DNA from: Catajapyx aquilonaris
Lineage: Eukaryota
NCBI GenBank assembly: GCA_000934665.2
Contig: KZ538882.1
Coordinates: 1-42,401 of the forward strand
Direction of reading: 5' to 3'
Length of the DNA: 42,401 bases
Within the stretch, counting starts at the first letter, position 1; each line of letters begins with the position of its first letter. The translations under genes and the position numbers were made by a program. The notes beneath the pieces were generated by a model. It was not told the origin of the DNA and ran no database searches. It saw only the letters and a program-made list of their open reading frames with translations. Of the stretch, positions 23,477 through 31,674 are shown piece after piece.

Positions 23477-26400
23477 TTACTTTTTGGATCGGAGAAATTC
23501 TTCGGCTTGTTTCAGAAGAGAGTCGTAGTCGCTGGGAATCTCTTTCTTGAGCCACTTCTTGCTCTTGAGGGCCACCAGCTCCCAGCTTTCTTTCTCGGAT
23601 GGCAATTCCAGCTCCATGTACGCCACGACCAAAGCGGTTAGCCAATACTTCAAGTCGACTCCACTTGCTCCTGTGGGGAAAAGTAATTGCGGGTTTTAAT
23701 ATTACAAGAAATGCCTCCTGGACAGTCGCGTATTTTTACCATCTTTCATATCTTCCCATTCGATTCCAATCACTTTGCTTATCCCTCCTGTTCCAGGATC
23801 AACACTCCCGTCGAAGTTTATCAAAGCAAGGAGTGACTCGAGTGGACCTGGCTCAATAAATGCATCTGTGTTTTGGACTCCAAAACCACTTGGCATCCCA
23901 AAAGTAAAACCTGTGCCAACTGCTGGCATTGGTTGTTGTATCGGACCACCAAATAATTGACCTTCATTATTGGCAGATCCATCAGAACCAAATGACGGTT
24001 GAGATGAGCGCAGGTGTTGGCACAATACAGAAAATCCGCTCTGTTGTTGGCTATTCGCACCAAAGGAAAATGCTGGAGTTGCTTCTGGTTTCGGTTGTGC
24101 TCCAAAAAGGCCGGAATTATTTGTTGCTGCTGTTTTTGCCGTGGTTGTGTCCTCGACAAGTGCAGATAGATTATGAGAATGAAGCTGCGGCTGGGGGGTG
24201 GCACCAAAGGAAAATCCAACAGGAGCTGATTGCATAGTTGATTGCGCTCCAAAAAGACTGGACTTAATAGCGACAGGTGCTGTCGTTACTGGAGCATATG
24301 CCGTACAACCAGAGGAATCCAAAAATAGAGAATGTTGTGTTGAAGAGCCGAATGGAGTGGCTGCTGGCCCACATTTCAGCTGCTGTTGCTGCTGCTGCTG
24401 GGGCTGGGGCTGTGCTCCAAATAATGAGCCAAAATTAGACTGATTTGCTGGAGCACCAAAACTAAATCCAGTGCCCGGCCAAAGCGGACCCTGTGAAACA
24501 GCCCCAAATGGTTGAGAGTAGCCATGCCCTAGTCCAAACTGATTTGGCACTTGACGAGTGTGAATCATCCATGATTTGCTCTGCTCAGCATGTACTCTCG
24601 AATCAACAGCCACAAATGATGTGTGTCTGGATGCCAAGCCTGTAATTCAACAAATATTAATTACTCATCCATAAAATACGCAGGCATAATTACAATCATG
24701 CGTATTTACCATATTGGCAGCCAAATTTGACGATTTCAGCTTCGACATCTTCCGGAAGAGGTATGCCAGTGACGCTATGCAAATAACTTGTCCCTTCTTC
24801 CAAATCACGAATTATCTTTCGGGCTGCGAGCCTGTAAAATCAAGATCGGTTCGTACGAAGTTGTATGATATTACACTGTCGACTTACTTATGCACCAGAT
24901 CTCCCTTTAATACGTCGTCATCTCCAATAGTGATGGATGCAGAGAGTGGACCATCAGGAGTTTGGGCAGTGATGGTGACTCCGCTGGGGACACTTCCGTC
25001 TTCCCAAATGCAGTAGACCAGAAGACGTGACCCATCGAATACAGGTGGGACCTGTACGGCCAGGTTATATATTAACGAAACATGTAATTAACATCGAAAC
25101 ATTATTAACTTGCATGAAATGGAGCACTCTTTGGGCCGATGCACCCTTTTTGTGCAGCATCTGGACTTTTCTTGGGCTTCCGATATCCCAACAGTGTCTT
25201 CTCCGTGACAAGCTCTACTTCAGGTTTGCTCACAGAAACATGCGGTGTTCCTTCCCATGTGACGGTCACGTCTGAAAAATCATCGCAGATCAGTTGTGCA
25301 CTACTAACAATGTGTTAAATACGAAGCTTACCTGTCAGGGTTGGAGACAGAGCATTTTTTAACTGCCTCTGCACTTTCGGTGCCAACGTTTCATTGTTAG
25401 TGACAAATACGGCGGTTCCTCCTCCAGCACGTGCTACACCTTCCACCAAATGATGCGAGGCACAGTCCCCAATGCCCAGTGCAAAGACGCGTGACTTGTG
25501 GCAATTACGATGAACCAAACTGATCACCTCTTCGGTGTTGCTGACCTACGAAATAAACTTCATGCGTCAATATATATTGTGCCATTTATTCCAAACTGAT
25601 CAGCTCACCTGTCCATCCGTGAGAAGGAACACTTGACGTAGATAGCCTGCGATAGGCTCCTTAGAAAAAATCGCTGCGAGAGGGTTATATATTTCTGTTC
25701 CGCCAAGATTGGCATCAACCCCTGAAAGTAATAAACTCTTTTAGACCATCACACATCTTGCCAATACTTGGCAGTAACTTACGATATGCAGTGTGATTGA
25801 GGGCTTTGTGCAAAGTACTTGAATCGTACTTGACGCTATTCGGAAACAGCATCTCAAAAATACTTCCAAAACCAACGACATTAAAGTAACAGTCGGTTGG
25901 TAACGAATGCAGGAAAAGCTGAAAGGAAAGCAATGTAATCAGACCGACATTACAGTAATGTTCATACAATTATTACCATTAGCGCTTGTTTAGCCTGACG
26001 AATACTCTGTCCACCCATAGATCCGGATTGGTCGAGAACAAATATCAGCTCCGCTGGTTGCTCATCCAGATTGAAGCTTGGAACGAGGCTCACAAAAGCA
26101 GCGACACTTGCTTCAGATTTCTAAACAACAATGTAGTAATTAGACTCCATAATAATTGTACAAGAATCGATAACAGTACCTCCACACAAGCTCGTGGTTT
26201 GTGAGGATCATCCATCGTCACCAACAGGACAAAGTCACGATCCATGTCCGTTGAGTGGCCAGCCAATGAAGCTTCTCCTCTGAATAACTTCGCATCGTTG
26301 TCTTTCTCGTTAATTATGTTAACGATAACCTTATGGCTCGGAGACACCATTTTATTAATCGCCGACTTCATCTCGCATTTCACCTCAATTTTCATCGGTA

Positions 26401-27177
26401 CTGGCATGTAACTGAAATGATAGTTTGTAGTTAATCATCCTCGTTAGCGTTCTGCGTAGTCTTACTGCGTATAAGGCACATTATGAATATCTTGCGCTTC
26501 TTCGGTGGTGTCCGTGCGGGGTATGTAACGAGGCGCTATTGTGGTTGGCAGGAAGAATCGTACCGCTTCTTCTTCACATGACATCTCGGCAAGGTACACT
26601 ATCCTTACTTTGGCCATAGCACCGGGAACTAAATTGCCAACCTTCACCTACGTTACCGAAAAGAAAAGCCGTCAGCATTTTGAATCTATTACAAGTTAGT
26701 AAAGTCTCACTTTGAAGATGTCAGGCTTGTTCTCCTCGGCCAAGAAAGCCGTTTGCCTGTTAGCGACAGCCTGCCGGTATTGCTGCTCAGCGTCTTCCTT
26801 CTTCTTGACGACACCGTGAATGGTACGTCCATCCAACTCAGCTTCGAACTGAATAACGCTTGCTGCTTCGTCCAGCGGAAACATGTACACGGCTTCAACC
26901 GGATTCGCCTCATAGTTCTTGTAGGTCTGCTCCAGCGTCACCTCCGCAATGAAGTCCACCAAATGCGCTCGTACCGACACATCTTTCAGCGGAATCTGAG
27001 CGCAGCAGGATCCGTCCGCTTTGGTAATACACAAACCGCTGAATTCCTCCTCCAGTCGTTTAGGTGTCCATGGTGTCCAACCTATAATTATCTGCCAGTT
27101 AACATACCGGTACACTGTATTATTATTTAAAAAATTTAAATCACTGCGGCATTACCTGTCGGTCCTTTCCCAAACAT
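23477..27177 (-). CDS. VWA5A: VWA5A-like protein, array copy 5, ~983 aa, 13 coding exons, with an FG-repeat linker
   Basis: Exons 27156-27177, 26711-27081, 26466-26647, 26180-26411, 25977-26120, 25783-25918, 25609-25721, 25332-25545, 25114-25271, 24888-25051, 24710-24831, 23740-24639, 23477-23670 (2952 nt). One GC-AG intron (donor at 25113). MIDAS DQSGS..GGTE..TDG. Confidence 0.9.
23879..24538 (-). repeat. Coding FG-repeat region (14 FG motifs) with a short polyQ
   Basis: QFG, PFG, FSFG, NFG, SLFG, PFG, SLFG, FSFG, GLFG, FSFG, SFG, QLFG, FTFG, GFG within ~220 aa rich in Q/S/T/A/P/G/N. CAG-type Q7 run at 24380-24400. Confidence 0.93.
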
Positions 27178-27242
27178 TGTGAGCCGCAATGAGTCTTCGT
27201 ACGCAACACGCTGAATGTCCTTCCTGGCTTCCCTTCCCCAGC

Positions 27243-27250
27243 ATTTATAC
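27243..27250 (-). promoter_or_regulatory. Putative TATA box of copy 5
   Basis: The minus strand reads GTATAAAT ~30 nt upstream of an Inr-like ATTCAG (~27211-27216) and ~67 nt upstream of the ATG. Confidence 0.5.
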
Positions 27251-27619
27251 CAAGAAATGTAAGTAGATCAAGCAACTTTTTGTGTGTACAGGACTTGCCA
27301 AAATGTCACACATGTTTATCAACATTGGAGCAAATCTAGTGTTGGAAGTACGGGCTCAGCCGGTCTGCCAATCAGAATAGAGATTGCACCTTAGCATGCA
27401 ATTAGGTCAATTAGAGGGCAAATTTTCATCACAAGTACGCAATCTGAAAAATATTAATTTCTGAAATTAAATTGGATGAAAATATTTTTCTGCATTGTCA
27501 GGAACAATGTAATTAAATGGCATTACCAAAATATTTATTTATTAGCTAACAAGTACACCATGAATTATTATCAAACATAAATTACAATATTCAGCGGTAC
27601 AGTACAAAAAAATTTGAGA

Positions 27620-28991
27620 TCACTTTTCTCCATCAAAGTTGGGCCATTCTATCGACATCTTGTGATCCGCTCCCATGAGATTCATTGCGATTGCCTATTT
27701 TTTTTAAAAAAAAAAATTAGAAAATGCAATGAGTCGGCACAATGCCCGCAATAATAAACCACAATGTATATTTACCATCGTTACCCATCGAAGATTCTCA
27801 GTGGACTCCCACGTGCGTGACTTCTTATGGGAAAATATGTCTTCGCTCACTTCATGACCTTTCCTGGGCAATCCGTGCAGCAGAATCCAATCCAATTGTG
27901 CTTCATCAACTTCCTGTAATTATTTATTTAATTATTATTACCCTCACGGTACATTTAAACCGACCGGTGTATACCTTGTTGGTCAGGCACAGTTCGCTCA
28001 TATCGTGCGGTCCTACAGTAATAACATGCGATCGGTACACAGCCTTTGCTGGACTGTCCGACTGGTGTATCTCTGTCCTGTGATGCATCCCAAGCTTCAT
28101 TCCTGCACCGAGTCGTTCCTGGCTTAATTCGTTACCCTGTAAGCAAACCTGCTGGTTACGCATACGGTATTATCCGCATTGCGATGAATATACCTGAGGA
28201 CAGAAGTACTGTAGATGAATCCCAAGTTTGGGCAGAAGTTCAACATAAGTCTGCAGTAGTGGTCCGGATGGTCCGACCCAACTGGCTTTTAACCGCTTCA
28301 GATATCCGTAATGCTCCAGGGCGGTCATAACATTTGCCATGGCCTGCAACGGCTTGAACTCATCCGAGCCGCAGTTGACAGTCGGAACATTAGAGCCATC
28401 GGCTACTTGTTCTAATGCTTTGTGTGAGTGGCTCTCCATGAATATCATTTGGCACAAACTGGCAGCCGTCCTGTCCATTAATATAAAATGAAAAGCTATA
28501 TGTGACATCCTCTAATAATAATTTAGTACCTTCCGATATCTTCATGATTTCCTGTATTGTCTGGAGAATAATTCATGTGGCACGCAGCACCTTCCAGAAG
28601 ATTAATTGCTGAGGAGACCCCCAAATGGCTTGCGATGCTCGTTGGCGACAGGAACGAAGCAGCAACTTTGCCTTTCAAGTACGGAAAAGTCTGCCAATTA
28701 ATTTTAAAAGTAATTAATAGTATGTCAATTAATTATAATTAAAATGCTATATTTATATTACCTTCTTCCCATCACGCACAGCAGTCTTCAGATCCAATGC
28801 GGACCACAGAATGAATTTTAATTCTGAACTGCTGTAGTCTACAGGCGACAAAAAGTCTCTCCCTCTAATATCACAATACCTACATTATAATTAATCATAA
28901 TTAATTAATCATTATTAATAAGTACAATGCATACAATTAAGACAAACCTGGTACAAAACGATCTAGCATTTCGTGATGTGATTCTCAACAT
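27620..28991 (-). CDS. OTC: Ornithine transcarbamylase-like protein (~324 aa), predicted mitochondrial, catalytic motifs degenerate (pseudoenzyme)
   Basis: Exons 28948-28991, 28762-28879, 28530-28690, 28194-28470, 27975-28136, 27776-27913, 27620-27694 (975 nt, no stops or frameshifts). Collinear with animal OTC: GRDFL..ILWSALDLK, LKGK, VPTVN..SD..PLQ..EHYG.LK.L..SWVG, DW..LH.LPRK..EV..DIF...S....EN..W..M. N-terminal MLRITSRNARSFC is presequence-like. Confidence 0.85.
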
Positions 28992-29117
28992 TTCTGAACA
29001 CGTTAGGCATCAGCCTGTCAAGTTAAGAAGACCTGAAGTTAATTTAAATAATTAATAATAATTAAATTACATTGATCACATGTGGCAGCAACAAGTTATT
29101 TCCAACGCTGTGCATAT

Positions 29118-29127
29118 GTGACGTCAC
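29118..29127. promoter_or_regulatory. Palindromic CRE/ATF-type site in the divergent OTC-like/DTD2 intergenic region
   Basis: GTGACGTCAC contains the canonical TGACGTCA. A near-match TGACGTCT lies at 29293. Confidence 0.4.
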
Positions 29128-29706
29128 GGGCCATTCGGACACACCCCACATTTTTCCACAGTTTTAAATGCGATAATTTAATCTCAATATTTACTGACAT
29201 TTTGTTAAAAGTCAGTACACAATTTATGTACATTTTAATTGCGTTTAATTAGTTTTTTTTTCAACCCCGGCTCATTTTCAAGTCTGAACTGGTGACGTCT
29301 GAAGTTTTCGGGGTCGTTTCAGGTCAAGTTTCAGTTCGATTGGGATTCAGTCAGTTCAGCGACGTGTGGAGGCCACTTCAGAAGGCTTCAGACCAAGCTT
29401 CAGACCCTGGACTATTAATATTGAGGGCAAGTTGGGAGTCCAAAAGGAAGCAAAAACATTCACATAAAACCTGAAAAAAACAGTTGTTTCCAACTCTGGT
29501 TGGTCACTTAATGTATTTTAAAATGTTTGGCGGGAAATTATAAATTGCTGATAAAATTATGTGTTAACAAAAAAAAAGGTCAATTGTTAACATATCTTCC
29601 CAGAAAATGGCTTAAGTACTAGGCAAGTACCGTACGCCACTAGTCGACGATTATACAGGTGGTACCGTGCGTTACATTAAACCGGACGTACTTCTAAAGG
29701 TAAAAA

Positions 29707-30309
29707 ATGAGCGTGCAGGGCAGGCTGGTCTTGCAGCAGTGCGTCAAGGCGCAACTGAAGCTGAGCGATGACAACATTCTGAAGGTGAATTTCTAAAATT
29801 GTGTTCATTTCGCACTGTTTAATCGCTCGATTTGTCTGCAGATTGGAAAAGGCATGGTGATTTTTGTGTGCTTCATGCAAGGAGCCACATGTGACGTCAT
29901 TAGTAAAATTGGTAATGTAACGTAAGCCAATGATGGTTTTAATAAGATATCCTAACTGGACTTACCGCTTGTTTTATTCACAGTAAAAACATTGGTTAAT
30001 GTACAACTGAGCGAGGATGTGAATGGGAAGCGACGATCTATCCTGGACATTCCAGGAGACTTGCTGATAATCCCGCAAGCCACCTTGGGTGGTAAGGTTC
30101 GTGGGAAGACGATGCAATACCATGGGAATGTGGAGAAGGAACTTGGACTCAAGTTGTACTCGGATTTGGTGCAACAAGTGAAGGACGCATGTGCGCAAAA
30201 TGCAGCGTGGCTTGAGGGAGGGTGTGTGGTCCACAGTGGTTCGTATGGTGAGAGGCAGGTGCTGTCTATGGATACCAATGGGCCTTTCACACATGTACTG
30301 GAATTTTAA
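29707..30309 (+). CDS. DTD2: D-aminoacyl-tRNA deacylase 2 / Animalia-specific tRNA deacylase (ATD), 157 aa
   Basis: Exons 29707-29784, 29842-29911, 29984-30309 (474 nt). Motifs LQQC..A.L, GMVIFVCF..GA, SILDIPG..LIIPQATLGG, MQYH.N, YG.RQVL..DTNGPFTH..EF* match human DTD2. AATAAA at 30580. Confidence 0.96.
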
Positions 30310-31674
30310 CACATGTGCCATTTACAGTTAATGAAATGCTACGGTGTGTAAGTGTATATTTTACAGTCCAGTGTTTTTTTTTAAAGCAAATGTAAACCGC
30401 ATATGTTATGGATTAATATCAAATTTTTATTTCTTCAGATATTTCCTCAGCATTCCAAAACTTTTACACAAACCTTGTCTCAGTTGTAGCCTAGCGTGTG
30501 ACAACAGCTGCTGTAAAATTTGTACTAATTTTCTCGTTGTTGACTAGATTGATTGGATTGTAGCATTTTTTTTTCATGTAATAAACCCTCTCTTTGTACA
30601 AGTACAATCAGTTTTTTTTTCTACATTTGATTTCTAGGTCAATTTCCTGAGGTGTGGAAAAAGGGACTTGCAGGAGCATATATTTTTTCTCAAAAAATGT
30701 TATAATTTGATATCAACTAGTAGAACTTAATTATGTCACAAATTATTTCACGCAGCATGTAAGTTAGTTGCCTGTTACCTCACCTGCACAATTAGTATGG
30801 ACTCGTCCATCTTGCAACTGAACCTAAGTCAGATTCTACTGTATTGACAAAAATATGACAGATATGATTTAATAATTTGCGGACATCAAAATTTTGTTTT
30901 CATTTAACTTACATGTAGTTAGATGGACTGGATATTTATTTCTATTTCGTGAAATTTAAATGACGTCAACATTCTAAATATGTCGCCATCTTATGCACAA
31001 TAAATGTGTAATTTTTTTAATTAATTGTTGCGTAAAAGATGCTTCATTCCTTCTTGGGTTTCTGTGGCGTCCAATGTGCTACATTACTTCATAACACAGA
31101 CGAAGAGCCTCCATACCAAGAAGTGTACATTTGGAATAATAATTATGAACATTTTATCAACGGGAATATGTGCTCTATTATGCATGTTTTGGGTGTAAGT
31201 GATTTTCATAACACAACCCAAACCTGAAAGACGTACTTGAATGAAGATTATTATACCATAAAGGAGAATTTTACATAAATAATCACTAATATTAATCTTT
31301 CAAGTCTCAATGCCAGCTAATATTGATATTATTCTTACATTTCAGGTAAGATGATGTCTTCATACATTAGTGAGGAGTGATGCATGTGATTCATTTCTGG
31401 AATTGGTGAGCTTCTGCTTGTCGTGATGTACAAAATGTGATGTAGCTTGCGTATACGCATGATATAAGTATAGGATTTTATATAACAACACCAATGAAAA
31501 CTAATGTCATCTAGAACCCAAGAGTTCAACTAACTGCCAGGCAAATGTGCTACATGATGCGACCTCACCCTATTAATGTGACGATCTTTCTTAAGAAAAC
31601 TTACGCCATATAAAATAAAACATTTATTGACTAGAGACCTGGGACTTTTCTACTGTACACACATGAGTTTTAGT

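Noticed and set aside
23702..24637. Stand-alone nucleoporin gene (Nup98/Nup62)
   Set aside because: Both ends of this exon are VWA5A sequence (HTSFVAVD..TRQV and LLALINFDGS..W), and it splices in phase to the flanking VWA5A exons.
3325..27130. Many plus-strand ORFs overlapping the VWA5A-like exons (e.g. 3645-3995, 6365-6616, 14343-14792, 26753-27130) and alternative-frame minus ORFs
   Set aside because: Antisense or off-frame shadows of GC-rich coding exons. They recur only because the exons are duplicated and have no independent splice or protein signal.
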